The translations under genes and the position numbers were made by a program. From Minisyncoccia bacterium (GTDB lineage: Bacteria; Patescibacteriota; Minisyncoccia; UBA6257; 2-01-FULL-56-20), in NCBI GenBank assembly GCA_049997875.1, contig JBEKRC010000003.1, forward strand, positions 183,885-247,884: 64,000 nucleotides of DNA, given 5' to 3'. The first letter of the stretch is position 1; every line of letters starts with the position of its first letter. Of this stretch, positions 20,419 through 29,741 are shown piece after piece. The notes below the pieces were generated by a model. That model ran no database searches. It saw nothing but the letters and a program-made list of their open reading frames with translations, and was not told the origin of the DNA.

Positions 20419-20565
20419 ATGTGGAAGCAATGGGTTAATTTCCTTCTTGGGCTTCTCGTCGTCATATTTACATACGTGACTCCGGGCCACACGATACGGT
20501 TCGTCATCGCAGGACTCGCGATCGCACTATTGTCGCTCTGGTCCGCGCTCAAGAAGAACGCATAA
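20419..20565 (+). CDS. 48-aa membrane protein (SPW-repeat-like)
   Basis: Below the ORF-track cutoff: MWKQWVNFLLGLLVVIFTYVTPGHTIRFVIAGLAIALLSLWSALKKNA, two hydrophobic segments. Confidence 0.7.
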   Translation: MWKQWVNFLLGLLVVIFTYVTPGHTIRFVIAGLAIALLSLWSALKKNA

Positions 20566-20578
20566 GAGCAAGAAGCCC

Positions 20579-20607
20579 TTGCACTTTTTTCACGGCCGCG
20601 CTATAAT
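20579..20607 (+). promoter_or_regulatory. sigma70-type promoter TTGCAC-17-TATAAT
   Basis: Direct match with 17-nt spacer upstream of the 3D-domain gene. Confidence 0.75.
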
Positions 20608-20666
20608 ACCCTTACCAAAATAGGAAGATGTGCTATGCCCCGAAAGGGGCGTTTTTGTTGAAAAAC

Positions 20667-21107
20667 ATGAAAAAGCTACGACTATTCATTGCCGCGGTCG
20701 CTCTCGCGGCCACCATGGCACCGGCTATCATACGGGCGGACATTGTCGCACCGAATGACGCATTGCGGGCGCCCGCATCGGACCCCGCGCGGGCCGAAAC
20801 CACGCTCCACGTGCGGGTAACGGCATATGCGAGCACACCGGACGAAACCGATAGCACGCCATTTATCACGGCGTCCGGCATGAGGGTGCATGACGGCATC
20901 GTGGCGACCAACGTACTGCCGTTTGGCACCAAGATAAAAATTCCTGCGCTCTTCGGCGAAAAGACCTTCACCGTGGAAGACCGCATGGCTCCCCGCATGA
21001 AAAACGTGGTGGACGTTTGGATGCCGACGAGAGCTGCCGCACTCCGGTTCGGCGCGAACGATGCCGATATCGCAATCGTCGCGGATCACATGCTCTCTCA
21101 AAAATAA
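20667..21107 (+). CDS. Secreted 3D-domain protein (lytic transglycosylase-like)
   Basis: Signal peptide; VTAY.STPDETDSTPFITASG, VATNVLPFGTKIKI, VEDRM, VDVWM. Confidence 0.88.
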   Translation: MKKLRLFIAAVALAATMAPAIIRADIVAPNDALRAPASDPARAETTLHVRVTAYASTPDETDSTPFITASGMRVHDGIVATNVLPFGTKIKIPALFGEKTFTVEDRMAPRMKNVVDVWMPTRAAALRFGANDADIAIVADHMLSQK

Positions 21108-21111
21108 ACCG

Positions 21112-21759
21112 CTACGGATTCACCGCGGACTTCAAGAGCGCGTAATCCCCGCGGAAAAGATTTTTCGCCATATGAAAGACGCCGAATGCGATAAAAAGCG
21201 CGGAGAACACGTCTATGGAATAGTGAAGGTGCCCAAGGAGCACGGAAACGCCGCCGATCGTGGCGAATGCGAAGAAAAGATATCGTAAATATTTTTCGTC
21301 CCAGAAGACGAAGGCAAGCATGAAGGGCAATCCGGTATGCGCCGAAAAGAAGAGATCGTCGCCGGAGCTGAATTTATAGAAGAAATCGGTAGTATCAAGG
21401 TAAGAATGTATCTCTGGCGGCGCGATATGCGTAAGCACCATAAAGAGAGAACGAATGAATGTAAAAAGGGCGATGCTTTTCAATACAAAGGGGATCCGCC
21501 GCGGCTCGTAAAAAATAATGAGAAGCGTGACGACATAGAAAATAGTAGCTCCCTCCGTGAAGACAAAGTCCACGTTCACGACAGGAATATTATCCAAGAT
21601 AATGTCCGTGACGGTATTTGATGCGTGCGTCACCGTAAAAATATTCGCGTAATACGTGGCAAAGAGCGCAGCCGCATAGAATAACGCGCCGAGAATCACC
21701 CCGATGAGGAAGCTCTTTTTTGTCCAAATACCTCTATGTTTTTGTATAAATCTCTCCAT
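21112..21759 (-). CDS. PAP2/sphingomyelin-synthase-like membrane protein
   Basis: Multi-TM; DLFFSAHTG and HLHYSIDV motifs. Confidence 0.8.
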   Translation of the reverse strand: MERFIQKHRGIWTKKSFLIGVILGALFYAAALFATYYANIFTVTHASNTVTDIILDNIPVVNVDFVFTEGATIFYVVTLLIIFYEPRRIPFVLKSIALFTFIRSLFMVLTHIAPPEIHSYLDTTDFFYKFSSGDDLFFSAHTGLPFMLAFVFWDEKYLRYLFFAFATIGGVSVLLGHLHYSIDVFSALFIAFGVFHMAKNLFRGDYALLKSAVNP

Positions 21760-23684
21760 TAGCGAACATGAAGCTTGGCCTCGCGCACGAGCCCGGCTAC
21801 AATCACATCAATATCCATCGTAGCCACCGCGACGAACTTGTCAGCTCCCCCGTAATACACATAGAGCTCGCGCTTCATCATAACCGCCCCGCAGGGAAAA
21901 ACAACATTCGGAACCACACCCTCTTTTTCGTACGGCATTGTGGGCTCCAAAAGCGGATCGTGCGTCCGGTAGAGCACGAGCGAGGGATCTTTGGCATCAA
22001 GAAGCGCGGCGCGGATGTTGTAATGGCCCGTACGGCGCGAAATGCCGTGATAGAAAAGCAGCCATCCATATTCGGTTTCTATCGGCGGCGAAGTGCCGCC
22101 GATCCGCTTTGAATCCCATTCGCTCGGGCGCGGCTGCATAAGAATCTTTCCGCCGAGGAACTTCGTCTCGCCGTCAAAATTCAAATCATTCACGGAATCA
22201 ATCCAGATATCCGACCCAAGACGGTGCAAGAACCAATACTTCCCGCCGATCTTTTTCGGGAAGAGCGCGGCATCCTTGTCGTCAAGTCCGGGCGGCGAAA
22301 TCAAGACCGACTTCGTCCAATGCCACGTATGGTCGTCAAAATCCTTCGCGCTGATTGACGTGAATGCCACGCGCGGAGGATCTTTCCCGTCAAACGCGGT
22401 GTAGCACATGTAAATCGTATCTCCTATCTGCGTGAGCCGCGGATCCTCGCAGCCGGAGTTGCCGCCGGGCACGAGCTTTTGCTCAAAACCTTCGCGCGGC
22501 GCGTAAACCGGATCCTGAAGCCGCTCCGTAACATGCATACCATCCACCGAGCTTGCGTATCCGATGACCGACGTATTGTCGTCGGACATCGCGCGGTAGA
22601 GGATCCGCACTTTGCCGTTCAAAAATATCGCCCCGGGATTGAAGGTCGCTTTGGCTTCCCATGCGTGTTCCTTGACCGGCGCGACGATGGGATTGCCTTC
22701 AAAGCGAACAAGTTCCCGCTGTTTCGTGAAGACCAGTTGTTCCAAAAGGTCATCGAGCGCCAGCACTGCGACGCAAGAAACCGTGTCTGCGGCGCCATAG
22801 TACAAATACACGTCTTTCTTGCAAACGAGCGCACCCGACGGAAACACAATGTGCGGCACGCGGCCGTAATGCTCGTATTCTTCCTCCGGCACAAGGAACG
22901 GCCGCTTCACCTCGCCCACGATCTTTCTCGGATCATTCATGCCCAAAAGCACCGCCTGCACCCCGAAGATCGCCGGCGGCGAAAAATAATTGTAAATATA
23001 AGAGTAAAAAACGAGCCAGCCGTCCTTGGTTTTCAAGGGCGCCGCGCCGACCTCCACTTGGTCCTTCTCCGAGTTTTCTTCAATACCAATACTGTGGCTT
23101 TTCCAATCGGCATACCATACGTTCCAGTATTCTTCCGACCAAATGTCTTCAATGCGATCAAAAAGCGCGAGGCAGATCTTCGCCGGCGGCCGATCGGTGT
23201 TCACCGTAAGAATCGCCGCGATCTTGCCGTTTACGCGCTCCGGAAAAAGCGCCATCGCCTTCGCGTTGAAAGGCGTCACAAGATGTTTCTCTCGTATCGT
23301 CCTGCAATCTTCGGTGATTGCGACGGCCGCCTTGATGCCGTCCGCGGAAAATTCACTGACCGCCGTGTAAAAAATATAATGCCTTCCTTCAAACGTCGTA
23401 GCGCGGGGATCTTCGCAGCCGTAGCGTTCCCAGTCGTACTCCGGACCGAAGAGCCGCTCGCGGTTCTTGAAATGAACGCCATCCTCGCTGACCGCGTGGC
23501 CGATTACAGAAACTTCTGCTTCGCGGTCTCCGACCTTTTGCCTCGCGCCCGTCGCGCGATAGAGCATGTGGATCAGGCCGCCTTCCGTGATGACGCATGG
23601 ATTGTACGCGGCGACGGATTCCCATGCCGATCGGGAATCGGGCAAAAGAACCGGATTCTCGGACAAACGCCTAACGAATGGCAT
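21759..23684 (-). CDS. GH130-family glycosidase/phosphorylase, two tandem domains
   Basis: Two copies of NP...WE....F/YNP, LYRA, GCEDPR, K...LFP, V..VVFP.GA, YYG.AD. Confidence 0.88.
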   Translation of the reverse strand: MPFVRRLSENPVLLPDSRSAWESVAAYNPCVITEGGLIHMLYRATGARQKVGDREAEVSVIGHAVSEDGVHFKNRERLFGPEYDWERYGCEDPRATTFEGRHYIFYTAVSEFSADGIKAAVAITEDCRTIREKHLVTPFNAKAMALFPERVNGKIAAILTVNTDRPPAKICLALFDRIEDIWSEEYWNVWYADWKSHSIGIEENSEKDQVEVGAAPLKTKDGWLVFYSYIYNYFSPPAIFGVQAVLLGMNDPRKIVGEVKRPFLVPEEEYEHYGRVPHIVFPSGALVCKKDVYLYYGAADTVSCVAVLALDDLLEQLVFTKQRELVRFEGNPIVAPVKEHAWEAKATFNPGAIFLNGKVRILYRAMSDDNTSVIGYASSVDGMHVTERLQDPVYAPREGFEQKLVPGGNSGCEDPRLTQIGDTIYMCYTAFDGKDPPRVAFTSISAKDFDDHTWHWTKSVLISPPGLDDKDAALFPKKIGGKYWFLHRLGSDIWIDSVNDLNFDGETKFLGGKILMQPRPSEWDSKRIGGTSPPIETEYGWLLFYHGISRRTGHYNIRAALLDAKDPSLVLYRTHDPLLEPTMPYEKEGVVPNVVFPCGAVMMKRELYVYYGGADKFVAVATMDIDVIVAGLVREAKLHVR

Positions 23685-24861
23685 CGTGCAGCCTTGGCGC
23701 GCCGTAGCGTTTCAGCTCCTCGAGAAACGCATCGAGCTTGGCCATCGCCACGCAAACCACGGAATCTCCCCCGCCGTAGTAGACATAGAGCTCGCCGTCT
23801 TTCACGACCGCGCCACAGGAATAGACGACTCCCGATTTGAATCCGCTGTTCTCGTAATGCATATCCGGCTCGAGGACCGGAGTCCGCGAACGATAAAGAA
23901 CGTTGGTAGGATCTTTGCTATCAAGTATCATTGCGCCGATCTTATAGCGGTTGGGATCGCGCACGTCCATTGCATGATAAAAAAGCAACCATCCAAGTTT
24001 TGTCCTGATGGGCGGCGGCCCCGCGCCACGGATCCAGCTATCCCAGCTCCCCGTGCGTGAAAGGCGGTCATAATGGCTTCGGATGACTATTTTCTCATTT
24101 TCCAATTCTTCCAAGCTGTCAAAATATTCAATTTCAACGCGCGGAGAAATGCTGTGCAGAATGGCGAATTTGCCGTTGATCTTCTCCGGGAAGAGCACCC
24201 AGTTCTTGTGGATCTCGCCGGGCGGCGAGATGAGTGCCGGTTCCTTCCATGTCCAGCGTTTCTTCAGGAAATCCTCCAAACTGATGGAAGACAGCGCAAT
24301 GCGGATGGAGCCCCAACCGTCGAATGCGGTGTACATGAGATACACCGTATCGTCGAGAAGCGTAAGACGGGGATCCTCGCAGCCGCCGTTCCATCCTCCC
24401 CCGGAAGCGTACGCAACGGGCGCAACCGGCGTTTCCGACATCGGTCTCTTGCGGCCGACGGGGACAAATGCAGGCCGATCCAAACGCTCCGCAATCGTCA
24501 CTCCGTCATCGCTCCGCGCATATCCCAACACCGATATGTCATCACCGCCGATGGCACGGTAGAGAAGATGGACGCGCCGATCCGCATATACCGCGCCGGG
24601 ATTGAAGGTCGCTTTCATTTCCCAATATTGCCCTCCGTGCGACTCTATGATGGGATTGTTCTCGTGCCGCACAAGTTGATGAAGCACCGCGCGCGCGCGT
24701 TCCTGTTTTTCTCTCCGCGCCCGCGCGAGCGCCGCGCGCCGCAAGGTCCGCAACAATGCGGTGTGGCGGGAAATGGATTTCTTTGGGCGACCTCGCGCCG
24801 CACGCCTTTTGGGAGAAGCGCGGGAAGACTTTTTCCTGATTACTCTACGGGGCGGTGGCAT
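23671..24861 (-). CDS. GH130-family glycosidase with basic N-terminal extension
   Basis: ATFNPGA, LYRA, GCEDPR, HKNWVLFPEK, VVYSCGAV, YYGGGD. Confidence 0.88.
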   Translation of the reverse strand: MPPPRRVIRKKSSRASPKRRAARGRPKKSISRHTALLRTLRRAALARARREKQERARAVLHQLVRHENNPIIESHGGQYWEMKATFNPGAVYADRRVHLLYRAIGGDDISVLGYARSDDGVTIAERLDRPAFVPVGRKRPMSETPVAPVAYASGGGWNGGCEDPRLTLLDDTVYLMYTAFDGWGSIRIALSSISLEDFLKKRWTWKEPALISPPGEIHKNWVLFPEKINGKFAILHSISPRVEIEYFDSLEELENEKIVIRSHYDRLSRTGSWDSWIRGAGPPPIRTKLGWLLFYHAMDVRDPNRYKIGAMILDSKDPTNVLYRSRTPVLEPDMHYENSGFKSGVVYSCGAVVKDGELYVYYGGGDSVVCVAMAKLDAFLEELKRYGAPRLHDAIR

Positions 24862-24946
24862 CGTATTAACGGCGTCAAAGCGTGGGGGGGGCAACCCCCA
24901 TGTCGTTACTTCATTATACACTATACGTACGCCGCGAAAGTTCCCG

Positions 24947-26134
24947 TCAGTGCATAACTCCCCACGTCGCAGGGTCCAAATCCCCGTCCGCCTTGAAAAG
25001 CATCGCTCCGCGAAGCCCGTATTTCTTGGCTAAGGCGATTTTGTCCGCCGTTGACTGCACATCGCTGAAAGAAGCAAAAAAAGTAGTGGAGGTATTGGGG
25101 TTGGCCGTTGCGAGGGCGGCAGGAAGCGTAGAGGCGACAATGGAGGTCAATGCAGGACCTACGTTATTGATGTGCGTGCTTGAGGCAAAGGTGAAACTCA
25201 ACTCACCGGCGTTATTGCGGTACGGCGCGATGCCCAAACTATCCGCCCGATCCATCGCTTGAAAAAACGTAAAGCTGCGCACCCTCTCGTACGTGGTCGC
25301 CCCCATATTCCACGAAACCTGATATTCGTAACCGTATGTCGGGATGCCAAGTATAACTTTCTTCGGACTGATCGTCGTAATCGTATTCTTGATCACTTTT
25401 TCCACCCATGCCGGATCCGCGGTCGGCGCGTAGAGCCTGCCGTTCCCTTTTGAGGCGTCAAGTTTGATGTCAATCGTTCCCTGGTCGTAGGCCATGACAC
25501 GCACCTCGTCGCAATATTTATTGAGCACGGCGTAATCTTCAGCATATTGGACCGCGGGCAACGGGTTTGAATCATAGAGCGAACCCACGGGCGTTCGCGG
25601 CACGACGGTGCAGGCAAGCGCCTTCCCCACCGGGTGCAACCGGAGCGCGAGCCCATAGATAAAAAGGGAATAATACGGTTTTGTACTGGACGTCATGCCT
25701 TCAAAATCAATATCAATGCCGTCAAATTTTTCCGATTTCACGAGCGCGGCGATCGTATCTTCTTCCGCCTGGCGCTTTTTGGCATTGGAAAGAAGCTTAT
25801 AAATATTTGGCGTATCAAACCAAGCGATGGTGGGAATGATCCTAACGCCGGCGTCGCGCACGGCGCCGAACCACGCGTCCCATGAACCGTTGCCGATGCG
25901 GAGGTCATCGATCAAGGCGCCACTGGAACTCAATTCATACGAGAATGGACTCACCTCATGAAGGGCGTTGAGGTTCACCGCGATGTCCGCCGCACCGTCC
26001 TGGCTTTTCCAAAACGGCAGCCAGACACCGTAGTAGAATGGCGTCTTTGTGGCTGCGCGCGCCGCGCCCGCGAAGATCGCGGCCGGCGCCGCTAGAAGCA
26101 CTATAAAGATTGTGGCAACGACTTTTGTTTTCAC
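24947..26134 (-). CDS. Secreted GH18 glycoside hydrolase
   Basis: Signal peptide; FDGIDIDFE catalytic motif, VMAYD, ILGIPTYGY, AKKYGLRG. Confidence 0.88.
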   Translation of the reverse strand: MKTKVVATIFIVLLAAPAAIFAGAARAATKTPFYYGVWLPFWKSQDGAADIAVNLNALHEVSPFSYELSSSGALIDDLRIGNGSWDAWFGAVRDAGVRIIPTIAWFDTPNIYKLLSNAKKRQAEEDTIAALVKSEKFDGIDIDFEGMTSSTKPYYSLFIYGLALRLHPVGKALACTVVPRTPVGSLYDSNPLPAVQYAEDYAVLNKYCDEVRVMAYDQGTIDIKLDASKGNGRLYAPTADPAWVEKVIKNTITTISPKKVILGIPTYGYEYQVSWNMGATTYERVRSFTFFQAMDRADSLGIAPYRNNAGELSFTFASSTHINNVGPALTSIVASTLPAALATANPNTSTTFFASFSDVQSTADKIALAKKYGLRGAMLFKADGDLDPATWGVMH

Positions 26135-26994
26135 GTGACAAATCCTTCCCGTGCAAGCGCATGTACGATCTTCCGGACCCGCCGAGGGGGTTCTTTGGTC
26201 CTTCGGCTTATCTGCCGGACGAGCGACGCACGGGAAATATTCCCGAAACCACGTCCGAAGAGCAATATCCGCAATATTTTGCCACGCAACTCGCGATCCG
26301 AGCCCAGAAACCGCGGCTGCGTTTTGTAATGAGCGCTTTTCCGATTCGGATTTTGGACGCCGCTCTGGCCGTCGCGCCCGCTATCCCTTGCACCGGTTCG
26401 ACTCATCGCGCCAAGCATCGCGCCGTAATCCATAAGCGCCCAATACCACTCGCGCACGTTCTTCCGAGGGAGGGTTCGTTTGATATAACGTGCGATCTCT
26501 TGGTCGGTTACCCGCCGCCGGGCCGATCGGCAAGAAAAGAAAAAATGAATAAAGACGCGGCGGATGTTCGTTTCAATAAAGACCTCGGGCTCGTTCCATA
26601 CAAATGCGCGGATGGCGCCCGCCGTCGCTTTCCCTATCCCGGGCAGCGATTCAAGTTCGGCGCGACCGTGCGGGAGCTCGCCATCAAATTTTCCCAAGAC
26701 GGCGCTTGACAGGCGTTGGAGCGCAAGCGCGCGCCGGTTATACCCCATCCCCTGCCACGCGCGGAGTACGTCTGCCGTCTTTGCCTGTGCAAGCGTGCGG
26801 AAATTCGGGAATTTTCCGATGAAAAACGGGTAGAACTTCACCACCCGTGCGACCTGCGTCTGTTGAAGCATGATCTCCGAGATCAAGATGCGATACGGAT
26901 CGCGCGTCCGCCGCCACGGCATATCACGCCCGTGCCGACGGTGATAATCCCGGATAACCCTTTTAAAGCGGGCTGTGGACATCTTCTTAATCAT
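26131..26994 (-). CDS. mutY: A/G-specific adenine glycosylase (HhH-GPD), lacking Fe-S motif
   Basis: RDMPWR, PYRILISEIMLQQTQV, WQGMGYNRRA, LPGIGKATA. Confidence 0.85.
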   Translation of the reverse strand: MIKKMSTARFKRVIRDYHRRHGRDMPWRRTRDPYRILISEIMLQQTQVARVVKFYPFFIGKFPNFRTLAQAKTADVLRAWQGMGYNRRALALQRLSSAVLGKFDGELPHGRAELESLPGIGKATAGAIRAFVWNEPEVFIETNIRRVFIHFFFSCRSARRRVTDQEIARYIKRTLPRKNVREWYWALMDYGAMLGAMSRTGARDSGRDGQSGVQNPNRKSAHYKTQPRFLGSDRELRGKILRILLFGRGFGNISRASLVRQISRRTKEPPRRVRKIVHALAREGFVT

Positions 26995-27077
26995 AAACCA
27001 ACATCCCATTATCGGACGAGCGGCAGCTTCAGACTCTTGCACGCACCCTCCAACTCCCCTATACTGAATAATAAGCA

Positions 27078-27554
27078 ATGGATAAAAAGTTTTTGGGATC
27101 GTTGTTTGGCAAAAAAGCGGAACCCGAAGACCGTTACGTGATCGAGCTAGCACGGGCGAACAGCGCTCTCGCCGCGCGCTCGCACATCGGCCGCGCGCAG
27201 ATCACCGAACCGCCGCCAGAACCGGAAGGACAGCTCACGGTAGACATCTACCAGACGCCGGACGACATCGTCGTCCAATCTGCGATCGCCGGCGTCCGGC
27301 CGGAGGACATTGACATCAACGTGACGCCCGATTCCATCGTGATCCGCGGTTTGCGCCACCGTGAGGTGGTGGACAAAGAACACGATTATCTCTACCAAGA
27401 GTGCTACTGGGGACGTTTTGCCCGCTCCGTCATCCTCCCCGAAGAGGTGGACCCCGAGAGCGCCGACGTCACCTTCAAGAACGGCATCCTTACGGTCCGC
27501 CTCCCGAAGGCCAACCGCAAAAAGATGCGCAAGCTCAAAGTGCGCGTGGACTAG
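27078..27554 (+). CDS. Hsp20/alpha-crystallin small heat-shock protein
   Basis: LTVDIYQT, AGVRPEDIDI, ECYWGRFARSVILP, FKNGILTVRLPK. Confidence 0.93.
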   Translation: MDKKFLGSLFGKKAEPEDRYVIELARANSALAARSHIGRAQITEPPPEPEGQLTVDIYQTPDDIVVQSAIAGVRPEDIDINVTPDSIVIRGLRHREVVDKEHDYLYQECYWGRFARSVILPEEVDPESADVTFKNGILTVRLPKANRKKMRKLKVRVD

Positions 27555-27600
27555 CATAAAGATCCAAAAATTCCGGCACTCGCTCCTCAGAGCAAGAACG

Positions 27601-28563
27601 CTACAAGAAGTGAAGGATGAGCCTCACGAGCGCGAAGCATACGAGTCCGATTATGACAAGATACGGAACCAACTGGAACCTCCAGTCCGGCGTGGGTGGA
27701 AGCTTTTGCGTGCTGTAGGCCGCAAGGCGTTCGTTCCCGGCCTTGTCGATCGCCCGAACCTCGATCATGCCGTCAAGGTTCTGATTTCTAATAAGATAGG
27801 GACTTATAGCCCGGATCCAGTTCCACTGGCTCTCCGGCAGACCAAGATCCTTCGTCGGTACCTCGGCAACCTCGTAATGGTCCACGCCTGTCTGCTTGTC
27901 AACCGTGGAAAAGACGGCAAAAAGCTGACCGTCAAAGAGCATGGGGTTACGGTACACGCGCACCGCGAAGGGTTCCGGAGGAGTCGTATCGCTCTCAATC
28001 GCATTCTCCAGAGCGCTCAAGGGCGCGTATTCCCCCTTCAAGAGCTCGGTATAGGTCGCGCCGCCGAGAGAGAGCTTGGCCAACGTTCCCAAACCGTCGT
28101 TTAACACCGCTTCCGTCGTGCTTTCGAAGGCGAGACTTGCCGTGAGGGGTATGCTGCTTGACGTAATAGCGGTGGACGTTGGAAAACGGAAATAAATCGT
28201 GGCCAGTTTGTTGCTCAACGAGGGATCGCCCGCCACGCGGCCGCAGTATCCGCCGGGCAAGCCGCCCACAAAGGACACAAGGCCGTAATCCTCATAGATG
28301 GTCGGCTGCTTCACCCACAGCGAAAAGATGGAATTGCCATCGCCCACATCCACCGCGTCAAGGATGTTCTTCGGGTACGCGAGGTCAACCTCCGCGGCGT
28401 TCACGCACTGGCTCCCGTTGTCCAACCGGACGTCCACGCCGAAGGTCACGCCCGGAGGGAACTTCCCCGTCGCGGGATCAAGATAGATCTGGGCCGCATG
28501 CGCGAACCCCGTCCCCATCATGACGACCGCAGGAAAAAGAACGGCAAGAATCTTAATCTTCAT
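27601..28563 (-). CDS. Cohesin-domain membrane-anchored surface protein
   Basis: Signal peptide; cohesin-like FGVDVRLD..NAAEVDLAY..SIFSLW..P..VSFVGG; DTTPPEPF, TGVDHYEV Ig-like part; C-terminal TM helix. Confidence 0.7.
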   Translation of the reverse strand: MKIKILAVLFPAVVMMGTGFAHAAQIYLDPATGKFPPGVTFGVDVRLDNGSQCVNAAEVDLAYPKNILDAVDVGDGNSIFSLWVKQPTIYEDYGLVSFVGGLPGGYCGRVAGDPSLSNKLATIYFRFPTSTAITSSSIPLTASLAFESTTEAVLNDGLGTLAKLSLGGATYTELLKGEYAPLSALENAIESDTTPPEPFAVRVYRNPMLFDGQLFAVFSTVDKQTGVDHYEVAEVPTKDLGLPESQWNWIRAISPYLIRNQNLDGMIEVRAIDKAGNERLAAYSTQKLPPTPDWRFQLVPYLVIIGLVCFALVRLILHFL

Positions 28564-28589
28564 CAAGGGCACCTTCATCATATCACAGG

Positions 28590-29741
28590 TCAGCCGGTCC
28601 AATAGAAAAGCATGATGCTCAGGTCTTGAAGGCCGACTTTATGGTCGCCGCTCAGCTCGGCGGGCGGATAGTCCGTGCCCCAATAGTAAAGGAGGATCGA
28701 AAAATCGGCGAGATTGACCCTGCCATCGCCGTTCAGGTCCGCGAGGACCGCTTTCCCACGGCCATTGTTACCGACATAAAAAGAAATAGCTTGGCTCACC
28801 GTGCTGCGGGCGACGGCGCCGTTCTGCGTCGTGATAAAGTCGGCATCAACCGTGTGAAATGCATTATTATCGAGCGGCGCGGTATCTATCGCCATTTTCC
28901 AATTTCCTTCCTGATCGGTGCTCGTCGTAAGCACGATATTTTTCCCCGAGTGGACATAGGCTTCAACGGTGACGGACGGGACCGATTGTCCGGAAATCGT
29001 AAGCGCATCCCCCTGCTTCGCCTGCCGTTTGTCTATGGAGATGGTGGGCGGAAGAAATGCGCCCGACACCGTCGTCACCGCACCTGCCGTGATCGTAAAG
29101 GTCGTCGTAAACGCGATTGATTTCAAGCCCGACGAATCTTCTGCCCAAAAGCCGAAGGTGGTGGCGCCGGGCGAAACGTTGGTCGTTGAAAAGTAAAAGT
29201 TCGCGCTTGTGTCGGCCTGCACGATACCGATGAGCGCGCCGTCCTTCAAAATATTCACGCTCGCGCCCGGGTACGCCTCGCCACGCACTATCACCTGGGT
29301 CTGCTTCGGCGACGAGTAACTTCCGCCAGAATATCCGCCGCCGCCAGCCGGCGCAGACCCCGGCAACGGCGCGAGAGATTCAATCTGGCACGTGGCCGAG
29401 CAGCCGGAACCGGTCGTCCCGTTCAAAGCGCCGGCATCGCACTGCTCACCGTACTGCGGTTGGAGAATGTCGTCGCCGCAATAGGGCCCCCACCCGCTGC
29501 AATCCGGCAGGCAATTCCTCCCCGCCGTGGAGGTCGCGTAGAGCCCGCTGTCCACCCCGTCGTCGCATACCTCAATGGGCGGCGTCACGATGCCATCGCC
29601 ACAGACGCTGACTAAGATCGTTGTCGTCGCCGAGAGCGATTGGGCAAACGCCACGTGCGCGCATAGCCCGACGCCGAAAAAACCCAGGGATATAAAGGCC
29701 GCGAGCCGGCCATCACTTATTTGGCGAAGGGGGCGGTGCAT
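28590..29741 (-). CDS. Secreted protein: Cys-rich CGDG repeats, Ig-like domains, C-terminal dockerin-like domain
   Basis: VCGDGIV..EVCDDG and CGDDIL..EQCDAG..GCSATC (DUF4215/myxo-Cys-like); DLNGDGRVNLADFSILL...ELSGDHKVGLQDLSIML..WTG. Confidence 0.75.
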   Translation of the reverse strand: MHRPLRQISDGRLAAFISLGFFGVGLCAHVAFAQSLSATTTILVSVCGDGIVTPPIEVCDDGVDSGLYATSTAGRNCLPDCSGWGPYCGDDILQPQYGEQCDAGALNGTTGSGCSATCQIESLAPLPGSAPAGGGGYSGGSYSSPKQTQVIVRGEAYPGASVNILKDGALIGIVQADTSANFYFSTTNVSPGATTFGFWAEDSSGLKSIAFTTTFTITAGAVTTVSGAFLPPTISIDKRQAKQGDALTISGQSVPSVTVEAYVHSGKNIVLTTSTDQEGNWKMAIDTAPLDNNAFHTVDADFITTQNGAVARSTVSQAISFYVGNNGRGKAVLADLNGDGRVNLADFSILLYYWGTDYPPAELSGDHKVGLQDLSIMLFYWTG

